A DNA stretch of 64,000 bases from an uncultured Candidatus Micrarchaeota archaeon (GCA_963741095.1 CAVUGN010000005.1:96001-160000); one strand, 5' to 3'. Counted from the stretch's first letter, positions 18,324 to 28,302 are shown. The notes: generated by a model from the sequence alone, not told the origin. Numbers and translations: made by a program.

Positions 18324-19508
18324 ATGAATACTGGGGATGGTGCGTGCAGCAGATCAACTACATTTAGGTCTCAATCCGCGATGGAATATTTGATGACCTA
18401 TGGGTGGGCCATTCTTATCATCTCGGTGGTCGTGGGCGCGCTGTTCTCTCTTGGTGTGTTCACAAGTCCCAGAGGCGGCAGCAGTTCATGCGGCAGCATG
18501 GTCGGCTTCTTCTGTAGCGGACCGCAACTGGCGAGCAACGGCCTTCTGATCGCCACGATAGGACAGATAGGCAAGGGAAGTGTGACCGTCACCGGTTTGG
18601 GCTGCTCCAACAGCAGTGCGATGCCCTCTTCGTTCACGCCGGCGAGTCTGTCCCCCCAGTCTTCCCAGGCGATGAGCGTCTCGTTCACCTGCAACCTTCC
18701 GGTGAAGACCATGGGCTCCGCCTTCTCTGGTACGCTGTGGATGCAGTACAGCCAGAACGGACAAAGTGGTTTGACTTCGCAGATAGGCACGATAAATGCA
18801 CAGATAACTCAGATGAGTGGGGCTTCTGGTGGTCCAGTAGTTTATACTGTAACGTTCAATGACGGTTCGTTCGTGACAAGCATCGTTGCCAATGGGGTAA
18901 CCATGAACAATGGCGCTACGGGCTCTTACCAGTCGGGGAACACGATATCGATTGATGCCATCGTAAGCGGAGGCACATTTTCCACCTGGCTGGTGAGCAG
19001 TAGCGCTAATCTTATAGTGACTAGCAACACCGCTAACCCCACCACACTCACGGTCAATGGCTTAGGAACTTTGACTGCAACAGCAACTATTTCCTGTTTT
19101 GCCTGGGGGACCCCAGTTATGACGCTGACTGGGAACGAGCCAATACAGGATGTGACGAACGGCACCATCGTATACAGCTTTGATCCCGTCTCGGATGCGG
19201 TAGTGCCATCGAAGGTTACAAATACTTTTATTGAATTCGATAATTACATCTATAATATCACCACGGCTTTCGGGGAGGTGAGAACACCTGCAGATCAAAC
19301 TCTCTATGTTGGAAACGACACTTTCGTCAGAGCCGGAAACCTCAGCGTGGGTGATGAGGTAGGCGTTTACCAGAATGGCACCATCGCGTACACCAAAATA
19401 CTTTCGATCGTTGTTCCTTACGACCCACAATTAACGTACAATCTAGAGGTGGAGAACACGCATACGTTCTTCGCCAATGGCTTTGCAGTGCACAATGTAT
19501 GCCCCTGA
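18324..19508 (+). CDS. Class III signal peptide protein with C-terminal Hint domain, copy 2
   Basis: Same architecture; Hint at 19095-19496 (CFAWGTPV...AVHN, then VCP); block B reads TPADQTL, lacking the His. Confidence 0.9.
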   Translation: MNTGDGACSRSTTFRSQSAMEYLMTYGWAILIISVVVGALFSLGVFTSPRGGSSSCGSMVGFFCSGPQLASNGLLIATIGQIGKGSVTVTGLGCSNSSAMPSSFTPASLSPQSSQAMSVSFTCNLPVKTMGSAFSGTLWMQYSQNGQSGLTSQIGTINAQITQMSGASGGPVVYTVTFNDGSFVTSIVANGVTMNNGATGSYQSGNTISIDAIVSGGTFSTWLVSSSANLIVTSNTANPTTLTVNGLGTLTATATISCFAWGTPVMTLTGNEPIQDVTNGTIVYSFDPVSDAVVPSKVTNTFIEFDNYIYNITTAFGEVRTPADQTLYVGNDTFVRAGNLSVGDEVGVYQNGTIAYTKILSIVVPYDPQLTYNLEVENTHTFFANGFAVHNVCP

Positions 19509-19581
19509 GTGATGATAAAAAGTACGGGCCCGGGGGCTAATCCTCAGTTATATAAACATTTACGGGATATACTTATCCGTG

Positions 19582-19656
19582 GCTCCTACCGTCTAGCCTG
19601 GTCAAGGACACGGCCCTCTCAAGGCCGAAACTCGGGTTCAAATCCCGATGGGAGCA
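19582..19656 (+). tRNA. tRNA-Glu(CTC)
   Basis: GCTCC...GGGAGC-A acceptor, anticodon arm CGGCC-CTCTCAA-GGCCG, GGTTCAAATCC. Confidence 0.95.
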
Positions 19657-19675
19657 AAAATTAGATGATAACGGA

Positions 19676-20443
19676 ATGGACAAAAAGAGATCCAAAAGCG
19701 TGAGATACGGCGACATAAGCGTCTACTACGTGCCGCACCTTGACGGCGGCGGCACAAGCTACGGGCAGGATTTCGTGCCCATAGTCAAGAAGAACTTCAA
19801 GAAGCTCGATAGGGTGTGCGAGTTCGGCTCCGGCCCCGGCTTCATAGGCTTCTCGCTTTTGGGCAACGGTCTCTGCAAGTCACTATGCCTGATAGACATA
19901 AATCCCGAAGCGGTCGAGGCGTGCAAGTACACGATAAGGGCGAACGGCCTCCAGGACAAGGTGAAGGTGTACCTTTCCGACGGGCTGAGCAAGGTTCCGG
20001 GATCCGAGAGGTGGGACCTCGTGGTGAGCAATCCCCCGCACCTTGACGGCACCAACAACGAATACGGGATGGACCTGATTGCCATAGACCCGAAATGGCA
20101 GATACATAAAGCGTTCTACAGGAACGTCTCAAAATTCCTCAAGCCCGGCGGCTCGATAATATTCGTTGAGAACAGCGCGGGAAGCAATCCTGAGCAATGG
20201 TTCAAGTTGATAAGGGAGAACGGCCTGAAGCCGGTCAAGAGCTTCACCCACGAAGGGGTTAAAAGAAGCGACAACCAGATATTGGTGCTGTTCATGGAAA
20301 GGTTCGTGGAGAGCATAAGGGACGGGACCGCACTTTCAAAGGGCTTCCGGTTCTACACCCACAACCTCAAGAAGTTCGTGAGCGGCGCGTACAAGCAGAA
20401 CAAGTTTTATTTCGTTTGGAGCAAAAAGAGCAAAAGGTCCTGA
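19676..20443 (+). CDS. Class I SAM-dependent methyltransferase (HemK/MTS-like)
   Basis: EFGSGPG motif I, IDIN, DLVVSNPPH motif IV, FLKPGG. Confidence 0.88.
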   Translation: MDKKRSKSVRYGDISVYYVPHLDGGGTSYGQDFVPIVKKNFKKLDRVCEFGSGPGFIGFSLLGNGLCKSLCLIDINPEAVEACKYTIRANGLQDKVKVYLSDGLSKVPGSERWDLVVSNPPHLDGTNNEYGMDLIAIDPKWQIHKAFYRNVSKFLKPGGSIIFVENSAGSNPEQWFKLIRENGLKPVKSFTHEGVKRSDNQILVLFMERFVESIRDGTALSKGFRFYTHNLKKFVSGAYKQNKFYFVWSKKSKRS

Positions 20444-20444
20444 C

Positions 20445-22196
20445 ATGATTAGCGACGGAGTGATGGAGTACGCCTTTACACTAGGCGTTCTCATATCCTT
20501 TTTCGGCCTGATAGCCGGCATGGTGCTGAACAGGAAGGCAATAGCCGAGACCCTCAGGGCGTCTGGCTTCGGAAGGAAGGAGCTCCTGCTCGCGATCGTG
20601 GTCGTCATCGTCTTCATCGCCGTCGATGTCTATCTCGTGAAACCGACGCAGCTGCTCTTCTTCGACGATGCCATATACCAGGGAATGGCGCAGGATCTGC
20701 TGCACACCGGACAGGCATGGATGTGCAACTACGGAACAACGGCGCAATGCTTCTCCGGGCAGATCTTCCATGAACCCATAGGGCTTTCCTTCAACTTTGC
20801 AATCGCTTTCATGATACTCGGAATCACACGCAGCGCCGCTTACGCCGCGGAGCTCGCGCTTGCCGCAATGGCCGTGTTCATGACCTTCCTGGTGTCGATG
20901 ATTTTGCTGAAAGACGGCAAATCCGCATTCTTCTCAGCGCTCATACTGGGATTGACCCCGCTGATAATGGCCTGGGCCATGCCCACCAACTCGGACATAG
21001 CGACCCTCGCGTATTCGCTGCTCTCCATCTTTCTGCTGTTCGTGTTCATCAAGGAAAGGAGCAAGCTCGGGCTTCTGAACCTGCTGCTGTCCATCAGCCT
21101 GCTGATGTACATGAAGGTTGACGCGGTCATATACCTGCCCATACTGGCGTTCATGTTCCTCATGTTTGCGGAAAGCAGCGTGAGGAAGTCCTTGAACAGC
21201 GCGTACGCGCTCATCATGAAAAACGTTTTCGAAACAAAGTTTCTCCTCATCCTGCTGGTCTTTGTCATTCTACTCTACCCTTCGATAAACTTCGCGCTGA
21301 GCAACTATTCGAGCGACGGCTACGGCTATCAGGGGACGAACGTGCCGCTGACCTGCGCCTCTCAGGGCAAATTCATAGTTGCCACCGGGGCGATCGACCT
21401 CGCCAATTTCAAAGCGAACATCTGCGCCAACCTCAATTTCTGGTTCGATGCTTTCAAGGGCCAGGATGTGATCCAGCCCGTCTATCTTACCGCGCTTGCG
21501 CTTCTGGGGGTGCTGGCGATGGTTGCGGCAAACAAGGAGAAAGTGCTTGCCTCGGTGCTGGTGTGGTTCGCGCTCATCTTCCTGCTCTACACCTCTTTCT
21601 ATGCCGGTGCGGTGACTTTCGGCGTGGATTGGCGGTTCTTCATCGGGCTCATGGCCGAGACCGCCATACTCGGCGGTTTTGCATTGGGCTTCCTGACCGA
21701 CACCATCAGCAGACTGGCATCGAAGCTCGGGAAAAAGAGGTCGTCTACATTGAGGATACGCTCCCTGGCAACCTACGCGCTGATTCTCGTCTTCATCGCA
21801 TCGCTGTTCTACACCGTGTACGCAGAGGCGCCCACGCTTTCCATAAACCCCTCGCAGATAATGCAGGCGTCGCAGGCGAGGTTCTACGAGAACTTCGTCT
21901 ACAACCAGAGCTACAAGATACCCGTGAATTGCCTGGTCTACACCTATGATCCGGGCCTGTTCAACATAAACAACCGGTCAGCGGCGCAACTCTCCAACAT
22001 CTACGACACCAGCTTCTACAGCAACGCAAGCTCCAAGTACTCCTGCGCCGTTGTCGATTACGGGTTCTGGTGCTACACCCCCAACAATCTGTGCGCAAAC
22101 CTGAACAACACCTTCGTGCTGAAGCCCATAGCCAATAACACCTACTCCGAATTCCACCTAAAGTATTCGTTCTATCTTGTGGAAGGCAAGAAGTAG
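20445..22196 (+). CDS. GT-C membrane glycosyltransferase (PMT/ArnT-like)
   Basis: FFDDAIY acidic first loop, HEPIG, many TM helices, DWRF motif, extracellular C-terminal domain. Confidence 0.8.
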   Translation: MISDGVMEYAFTLGVLISFFGLIAGMVLNRKAIAETLRASGFGRKELLLAIVVVIVFIAVDVYLVKPTQLLFFDDAIYQGMAQDLLHTGQAWMCNYGTTAQCFSGQIFHEPIGLSFNFAIAFMILGITRSAAYAAELALAAMAVFMTFLVSMILLKDGKSAFFSALILGLTPLIMAWAMPTNSDIATLAYSLLSIFLLFVFIKERSKLGLLNLLLSISLLMYMKVDAVIYLPILAFMFLMFAESSVRKSLNSAYALIMKNVFETKFLLILLVFVILLYPSINFALSNYSSDGYGYQGTNVPLTCASQGKFIVATGAIDLANFKANICANLNFWFDAFKGQDVIQPVYLTALALLGVLAMVAANKEKVLASVLVWFALIFLLYTSFYAGAVTFGVDWRFFIGLMAETAILGGFALGFLTDTISRLASKLGKKRSSTLRIRSLATYALILVFIASLFYTVYAEAPTLSINPSQIMQASQARFYENFVYNQSYKIPVNCLVYTYDPGLFNINNRSAAQLSNIYDTSFYSNASSKYSCAVVDYGFWCYTPNNLCANLNNTFVLKPIANNTYSEFHLKYSFYLVEGKK

Positions 22197-22389
22197 CCGC
22201 AAAGCACGGCGTGCTGCTGTTCCTTGCCATACCCGTTACCTAACCCAAGCCTTAAAGCTTTTATCGAAGTTAATATTCTCTGCATTTAACAATACGTTCG
22301 AGCATTCGTAAATTTTCCTGCATGGACAACTAAGGCAACTTCTGAAAACAAACCCACGACAATAGAGCATCGCCAAACCTTCTACAGGG

Positions 22390-23706
22390 ATGTACATCGC
22401 GACCAAAAACCTACAAAAAGGCACGACGGCCAAAACCAGCGCGCACAGGCATTCGATAGTAAGGAAAAAAATAATCAAATTCATAAAGAACTTGGGCCCG
22501 GGACTCATAACCGGCGCAAGCGATGACGATCCATCAGGAATCGCAACCTACTCCCAGGCGGGCGCCCAATTCGGGCTTGCCACGCTCTGGACTGCGCTCA
22601 TATCCACCCCGTTGATGATAGCCATCCAGGAGATGTGCGCAAGGATAGGCCTGGTGACAAATCAGGGGCTCGCGGGAGTCATAAAGAGGGACTACCCGAA
22701 GCCGGTCCTGTACCTCATAATTCTTGTGACCTTCCCGGCAGTGATACTCAACATAGGGGCGGACATCTCCGCGATCGGTGCGGTGTCCAACCTGCTGCTG
22801 CCACAGATACCAACCACATTGTTCAGCGTGATCTTCACAGTTCTGCTAACGGTCGCCCTGATAAAATTTCCGTACAAGAGAATAGCAAAAATCCTCAAAT
22901 GGCTGTGCATTTTCATGCTTTCCTATTTCATTGTGCCTTTCCTTGTGAACCCAAACTGGCAAAAAATCATCATCAATACCCTGATACCCTCAATACATCT
23001 CAATACAAATTTCATACTCATCATTGTCGCGCTCTTCGGAACGACGATATCGCCGTACCTGTTCTTCTGGCAGGCATCAACGGAAGCCGAGGAAAGGCGC
23101 CATAGCAGCAAACAATTGATTGTCAACAAGAAGGTTATTCGGAATATGGGTATCGACACTGATGTGGGCATGATATTCTCAAACCTGATAATGTTTTTCA
23201 TCATCCTGACCGCGGGGACGGTCCTATTCACGGCCAACATAACGCAGATCGATACTGTCCAGCAAGCGGCGAGCGCGCTGGAGCCGCTAGCCGGGAACGC
23301 ATCCTACCTGCTGTTCGCTCTGGGCATAATCGGTTCAGGACTGATCGCGATTCCGGTGCTGGCAGGTTCCCTCTCATACATCTATGCGGAAATCAGGGAA
23401 TCTGATGATGGCCTGGATAAAAAGTTCCACGAAGCGAAGGGTTTCTACATGGTCCTCATCATAGCGCTGTTTGTGGGACTGGTCATCAATTTTGTGGGGA
23501 TAAGCCCCATCAAGATGCTGATCTATTCCGCAGTCCTGTACGGCCTTACGGCCCCGGTGCTGATACTGCTGATCCTGCACATATCCAACAACAAGTCCAT
23601 TCTGGGAAAGTACGTGAACGGAAAACTGTCCAACATCTTAGGGATCCTGGTCTTCATAATCATGGCGGCCGTGGCGATAGCGTACCTGTACCTGCAATTC
23701 CTCTAA
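22390..23706 (+). CDS. NRAMP-like divalent metal cation transporter
   Basis: LGPGLITGASDDDPSGIATYSQAGA and GTTISPYLFFWQ signatures; true start may lie downstream. Confidence 0.92.
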   Translation: MYIATKNLQKGTTAKTSAHRHSIVRKKIIKFIKNLGPGLITGASDDDPSGIATYSQAGAQFGLATLWTALISTPLMIAIQEMCARIGLVTNQGLAGVIKRDYPKPVLYLIILVTFPAVILNIGADISAIGAVSNLLLPQIPTTLFSVIFTVLLTVALIKFPYKRIAKILKWLCIFMLSYFIVPFLVNPNWQKIIINTLIPSIHLNTNFILIIVALFGTTISPYLFFWQASTEAEERRHSSKQLIVNKKVIRNMGIDTDVGMIFSNLIMFFIILTAGTVLFTANITQIDTVQQAASALEPLAGNASYLLFALGIIGSGLIAIPVLAGSLSYIYAEIRESDDGLDKKFHEAKGFYMVLIIALFVGLVINFVGISPIKMLIYSAVLYGLTAPVLILLILHISNNKSILGKYVNGKLSNILGILVFIIMAAVAIAYLYLQFL

Positions 23707-23787
23707 ACGATCCTTGGCTTATTTTCGGAAGAATTACCAAAGAAACTTTAAACCTGACTCTCATAAGATAGAACAGCCTGCGATTGA

Positions 23788-25083
23788 ATGAGAAGAGTCC
23801 GAGTGGTCAGCAGCCTGAGCTTCTTCGATTCCGTAATGCTGGGCATAGGCTTCATAGTCGGCTCCGGAATCTTCATAATGCCCCTGATCGCTGCAGAGAC
23901 GTCTGGAACATATTCCATAGTCGCATGGGTCGTCGGCGGAATCTATCAGATCCTCACGGGGCTCTGTTTTGCGGAATGCGCGATGAAGATTCCGAAGGTC
24001 GGAGGGCTCTACAGCTATGCGCACAAGGCTTACGGCGACTTCACCGGGTTTTTCGCCGGCTGGACCTTCTGGATCGGATACCTGGTGACGATCGCAGCGG
24101 AGCAATGGGCATTGGGGTGGTACCTGCAATTTTTCCTGCCGCAATACTCCCTTCTGATAAGGGTCACGATCGGCGTGCTGACCGGCCTTGTCCTCACATA
24201 CCTGAATTTCAGGGGCGTCAAGCTCGGCGGAAGGATAGAGGATTACTTCACGGTCGGAAAGCTGTTAATAATCGCCCTTTTCATCATAGGCGCGCTCATC
24301 TTCTTCAAGCTGGCGAATTTCTATCCGTTGATACCTCCGGGCACCAACCTGTTTCCTGCGATCGGCTCGACTTCCATCATAGTTCTGTACGCCTATCTGG
24401 GCGAGGAGATCATAACCGTGCCCGAAGGCGAAAGCGAAAAAGCCAAGAAACTGATCCCGAAGGCGATAATGATCGCTTCGGTATCCACCATGATCATCTA
24501 CCTCCTCGTCGTTGTAGCTTTTCTCGGAGCTGCAAGATGGACCAGCTTCACGGCCTCACAGTCTCCGTTGGCTGCGGTTTTCAGCAGCATAACCCACTCG
24601 GAGATAGGTGGGATAATAATCACGGTCGGGGGCGTTCTCGCCATAATAGGCTCACTGAACGCAGTGATCCTCGGAACTGCAAGAATAGCGACCGCCATGT
24701 CAAACGATGGATTGTTCCCAAAAATATTCGGAAGGATAAGCGTGAAACGCCAGACACCTTACATGTCCTTGCTGATCCAAACGGTCATTGCGGTGATCCT
24801 GACCTACACGGTCAAGGATTTTGTCACGCTGGCTTCGATCGCGGTCTTCTTCACGATATTCCCATACGCGATCACCGCTTTTGCGACCCTGGGGCTAATC
24901 AAGAAGGCGGGAGGAAGACTGGACATCCTGCATTCGAAGGCGATTCCGTTGATAACGGGACTGGTCTCGATAATACTGCTTGGCACCTATCTGGCCCAGC
25001 CGTTAGTCCTAGAAGTGATAGTGGTCCTGTTCTTTGTCGGGCTGCTGATCTTCATAGAGCGAAAGAAGATCCACAAGCTGTAA
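23788..25083 (+). CDS. APC-family amino acid permease
   Basis: GFIVGSGIF, GGLYSY, YAYLGEE; about 12 TM segments. Confidence 0.92.
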   Translation: MRRVRVVSSLSFFDSVMLGIGFIVGSGIFIMPLIAAETSGTYSIVAWVVGGIYQILTGLCFAECAMKIPKVGGLYSYAHKAYGDFTGFFAGWTFWIGYLVTIAAEQWALGWYLQFFLPQYSLLIRVTIGVLTGLVLTYLNFRGVKLGGRIEDYFTVGKLLIIALFIIGALIFFKLANFYPLIPPGTNLFPAIGSTSIIVLYAYLGEEIITVPEGESEKAKKLIPKAIMIASVSTMIIYLLVVVAFLGAARWTSFTASQSPLAAVFSSITHSEIGGIIITVGGVLAIIGSLNAVILGTARIATAMSNDGLFPKIFGRISVKRQTPYMSLLIQTVIAVILTYTVKDFVTLASIAVFFTIFPYAITAFATLGLIKKAGGRLDILHSKAIPLITGLVSIILLGTYLAQPLVLEVIVVLFFVGLLIFIERKKIHKL

Positions 25084-25113
25084 AGACGTGGGAAATGCAA
25101 CCATGCGGGCAAG

Positions 25114-25689
25114 TCAGTTTACCCGCGTGTAGTTCAGTTTTCCCGTGAGGTAGTACTCCGAATAATAAGCAAGTGCGGCCGCAATGTTCTTGTTGATGGC
25201 TGCCTGCGAGAATTTAAAGAACTCTGAAGGCGTCAGCGTCACCGCGTAGGTCGGGGATATCCCGGTGTTCACTATGCCCTGCTGCACTGAGAGGCTCTTG
25301 CTCTGCCCGTTCCAGCTCACGGTCAGTTGCCCTATCGGGGTGCTGTTGCCGGGGATCTCGTCCGTGACCTGCACCGACCAGCTCTGGTTCACCGGAAAGT
25401 GGTAGTTCGGGGCGTTATCCAGGTAGAAAAGCCCGAGGTTCTGGTTGCTGTTCTGCATCGTTGCAAGCTGGTTAGTGAACTGGCTGTGCTCCTGTGCCGG
25501 AGTTGCCGAATAGTACATCGAAAAGAAGAACACCGCGACAAGCAGCAACAGGATGATGATTATCCCGGCAATTAGCGCCCCATGGCCCTTCTTCTTGGCT
25601 GCAGGCGCCTTCGCGTTGTTTGTGGTTTTTGTGCGGGTCGTGTATGTCGTAGTCTTGGTAGTTCCATCCGTGTCCGTCTGCTTTGCCAT
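25114..25689 (-). CDS. Membrane-anchored hypothetical protein
   Basis: Thr/Lys-rich N-terminus, one TM helix, extracellular domain; TATA-like ATATTT upstream. Confidence 0.75.
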   Translation of the reverse strand: MAKQTDTDGTTKTTTYTTRTKTTNNAKAPAAKKKGHGALIAGIIIILLLLVAVFFFSMYYSATPAQEHSQFTNQLATMQNSNQNLGLFYLDNAPNYHFPVNQSWSVQVTDEIPGNSTPIGQLTVSWNGQSKSLSVQQGIVNTGISPTYAVTLTPSEFFKFSQAAINKNIAAALAYYSEYYLTGKLNYTRVN

Positions 25690-25755
25690 GTTAATCCCAT
25701 CAAAAGTAAAATATTTAAGCGTTCTGGGCGATCAAACCGTAAAGCCGGCCGGTCC

Positions 25756-26028
25756 TCACTTAGCCACCCCGTCCTTAACCTCAAGCCTCGAGATGTAAGT
25801 GATGGCTACCACGGCTATAACCGTTATTATGATCGCATAGCCGAGCAGGGCCAGCAGTGTCGATTGCGGGCCCAGAAACTTCGTGAACGCGGCCTGTATC
25901 AGTGTGTTCCACGCAAGGGCCGCAACGAAACCGAAGGCCGCGGTCATCAAGGTAACTACATTATGTATCGTCTCCTTCTTCAGCCTCGCTCCTCTCGAAA
26001 GGGGTGTCTTTATCGTTTTTTTCGGCAT
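25756..26028 (-). CDS. DUF5654-like membrane protein
   Basis: TLMTAAFGFVAALAWNTLIQ...YAIIITVIAV motif. Confidence 0.8.
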   Translation of the reverse strand: MPKKTIKTPLSRGARLKKETIHNVVTLMTAAFGFVAALAWNTLIQAAFTKFLGPQSTLLALLGYAIIITVIAVVAITYISRLEVKDGVAK

Positions 26029-26038
26029 GCTATCCCAG

Positions 26039-26296
26039 TCAGCTCCTGCTCCTGTCAAACAAGGCAAAAAGGGCGACCACCAGCCCGATTATCGCAGCGA
26101 CGATGCCACCTATTTCTAGCAGCTGCGCGTTGGAGCAGGTCTGCGCCCTCTGGCCCCCGAAGAACGTGCTTATGGCCGTGGCAATGGTGCCCCCGGCCGA
26201 ATTGCACTGGGTCACAGTCAGATAGCTCTGCCAGGCCAGCACGGCCCCGACAACCAGCAATATAACTCCAATGATCACTGCACTCTCTTTGCTCAT
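26039..26296 (-). CDS. Small two-TM protein with a Cys-pair loop
   Basis: TM-QCNS...QTCS-TM. Confidence 0.7.
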   Translation of the reverse strand: MSKESAVIIGVILLVVGAVLAWQSYLTVTQCNSAGGTIATAISTFFGGQRAQTCSNAQLLEIGGIVAAIIGLVVALFALFDRSRS

Positions 26297-26532
26297 CCAA
26301 TTACCCTAAGACAATGCTCAGCAGGCAAATATTAACCTATCTGTTAGGCCCGCTACTGCCATTCACCCACCATACCCCGTTATAACGTCGATAAACGGCT
26401 GTGGCTGCGAACTTGTAACTTTCATCTTCTTGGATAAACTTTTCTATTATCATATTATTATAAAAGTAAAGTAACATTTAAAAAGCAAAGACTTATAAGC
26501 TTAATTAAAGTATACTAATCCGGGGTGATGAA

Positions 26533-27681
26533 ATGTTATACAAAAGCCTATTTGGACTGATAATATCCGTTCTTCTTCTGTCGCAAGCAGTTTATGCTGC
26601 AGGCCCTGCAGCTGTGAATCTTGGGTCTGCGGGGAGTTTTGCCATCCTGTCAAAGTCAGGCATCTCAACCACCGGAACCACCTCGATAATTGGCGATATC
26701 GGAGTGAGCCCAATCGACAGCACAGCCATCACCGGGTTTGGATTAACACTAGATTCATCAACTCAATTTGCAACGTCCCCCATAGTGACTGGAAAAATTT
26801 ATGCGGCTGACTATAGCGTTCCGACCCCGGCCAAAATGACTACTGCCATCGGTGACATGCAAACTGCGTACACCGACGCAGCAGGGAGGACAGACCCCAC
26901 CGCTACTGAATTGGGTGCCGGAAATATCGGCGGAATGACGCTCGCTCCGGGTCTTTATAAATGGTCAACAGGTCTTACAATACCGACAACTGTTACGCTC
27001 TCAGGTGGCCCGAATGATGTCTGGATCTTCCAGGTAGCACAGAATCTCAATGTGGGCAACGGTGTCAGTATCATTCTGAGCGGCGGCGCACAGCCGCAGA
27101 ACGTCTTCTGGGTGGTTGGTGGTCAAGCAACCCTCGGAACAACGTCTAGCTTCGAAGGAATTATACTGTCCCAAACCGCGATTGTGGTAAACACCGGGGC
27201 GCAAGTTAACGGCAGATTGCTCGCGCAGACTGCAGTCACGTTAGACGCTGACGCTGTGACAGCACCGGCAGGTTCAGCATCAACATCAACACCCACGACG
27301 ACAATCAGTGGGCCGTCAACAGCACCAACAACGACAATCAGTAGTGGGCCATCTACTGCACCAACAACTACGATAGCATCGCCTGCATCCACGACAACAA
27401 TTAGCACTACAACAGTTAGCGGAGGCAGCGCATCAACCACTGTCGCAGCGACGACCACGATAACCACCTCTTCAACAACGATTGGGAACGGAGCAACCGC
27501 CACAACAATATTACCCACATCCGGCGCAGGTGGATTGTACTTCACGTGGCAAGGAAGCGGATATTACGAGATAACATCGGGAGGGCCAAGCATATCGGCA
27601 ACCGGCATGAAACCCGGGGTTCAGTATTGGGTCTCGAACAAAGCGTTCATCGACGGAGTCAATTCGTGGATCGGGTCATAG
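26533..27681 (+). CDS. Secreted DUF3494 (ice-binding-like) protein with Thr-rich linker
   Basis: Signal peptide; VNLGSAGSFAILSKSGIS, AYTDAAGR, GGMTLAPGLYKW, WIFQ, NVFWVV and GRLLAQTAVTL motifs. Confidence 0.92.
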   Translation: MLYKSLFGLIISVLLLSQAVYAAGPAAVNLGSAGSFAILSKSGISTTGTTSIIGDIGVSPIDSTAITGFGLTLDSSTQFATSPIVTGKIYAADYSVPTPAKMTTAIGDMQTAYTDAAGRTDPTATELGAGNIGGMTLAPGLYKWSTGLTIPTTVTLSGGPNDVWIFQVAQNLNVGNGVSIILSGGAQPQNVFWVVGGQATLGTTSSFEGIILSQTAIVVNTGAQVNGRLLAQTAVTLDADAVTAPAGSASTSTPTTTISGPSTAPTTTISSGPSTAPTTTIASPASTTTISTTTVSGGSASTTVAATTTITTSSTTIGNGATATTILPTSGAGGLYFTWQGSGYYEITSGGPSISATGMKPGVQYWVSNKAFIDGVNSWIGS

Positions 27682-27733
27682 ATTTTGTAAAGGGGATACC
27701 GACTGACAATGGGATACTATACTAAGTGATAAA

Positions 27734-28117
27734 ATGGCAGAAAAAATCATGAGATTCAGGGGGAAGAAGAAAGATCTTGACAAGCTTTCGCAGGAGATAA
27801 TGGGAAGGCTTGAGTCGGAAGGCTATACGAATCAATCCACCACGGCTCCCGCTGGGATAATAATACAGACGAAGAAGGCAGGGATAATGAGGGACGTGAT
27901 AGATGCCGATAGGGCGTTTACGATACTGATAGCCGGCCAGCCGAACGATTTTGCGGTGCACATAGGGATAGGCAAATTAGTTCAGAACCTTGCGGTGGCT
28001 GCGACAGAGACGCTGCTGTTGTCTAGTCTGTTCCTGACCGTGGACGTTCCAGAGATGCTCTGGACGAAGCACGTCGAGAACGGTTTGGCGCAGGAAATAA
28101 CAGAGATCGTTGGTTGA
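27734..28117 (+). CDS. Conserved archaeal hypothetical protein
   Basis: 127-aa globular ORF with AGTGA upstream. Confidence 0.7.
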   Translation: MAEKIMRFRGKKKDLDKLSQEIMGRLESEGYTNQSTTAPAGIIIQTKKAGIMRDVIDADRAFTILIAGQPNDFAVHIGIGKLVQNLAVAATETLLLSSLFLTVDVPEMLWTKHVENGLAQEITEIVG

Positions 28118-28152
28118 CTCCAACGATCGCATCCTTTTATCGGGTGAAAAAA

Positions 28153-28302
28153 ATGAGAGCAGGTTTGCTTGTTGGAGGGTTAATATTCCTAGTCGTGGGA
28201 CTGGGCTTGGATGCGTCGTTGTTGGGCCTGATCGTGGGAATACCCGTAGGAATCATCGGAGTCATAATGATCATAGTGGGTTTTTTCAGTAGGGGCAAAT
28301 AA
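28153..28302 (+). CDS. Small hairpin membrane protein (paralog 1)
   Basis: MRAGLLVGGLIFLVVGLGLD...GFF; GGGTGA SD upstream. Confidence 0.7.
   Translation: MRAGLLVGGLIFLVVGLGLDASLLGLIVGIPVGIIGVIMIIVGFFSRGK

Larger units (their letters stand above)
16811..19508 (+). repeat. Tandem duplication with a unit of about 1.35 kb (arrestin 3' end, promoter, pilin-Hint gene)
   Basis: Near-identical intergenic and 5' gene sequence at 16935-17450 and 18288-18800; divergent middle; homologous Hint region. Confidence 0.9.
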
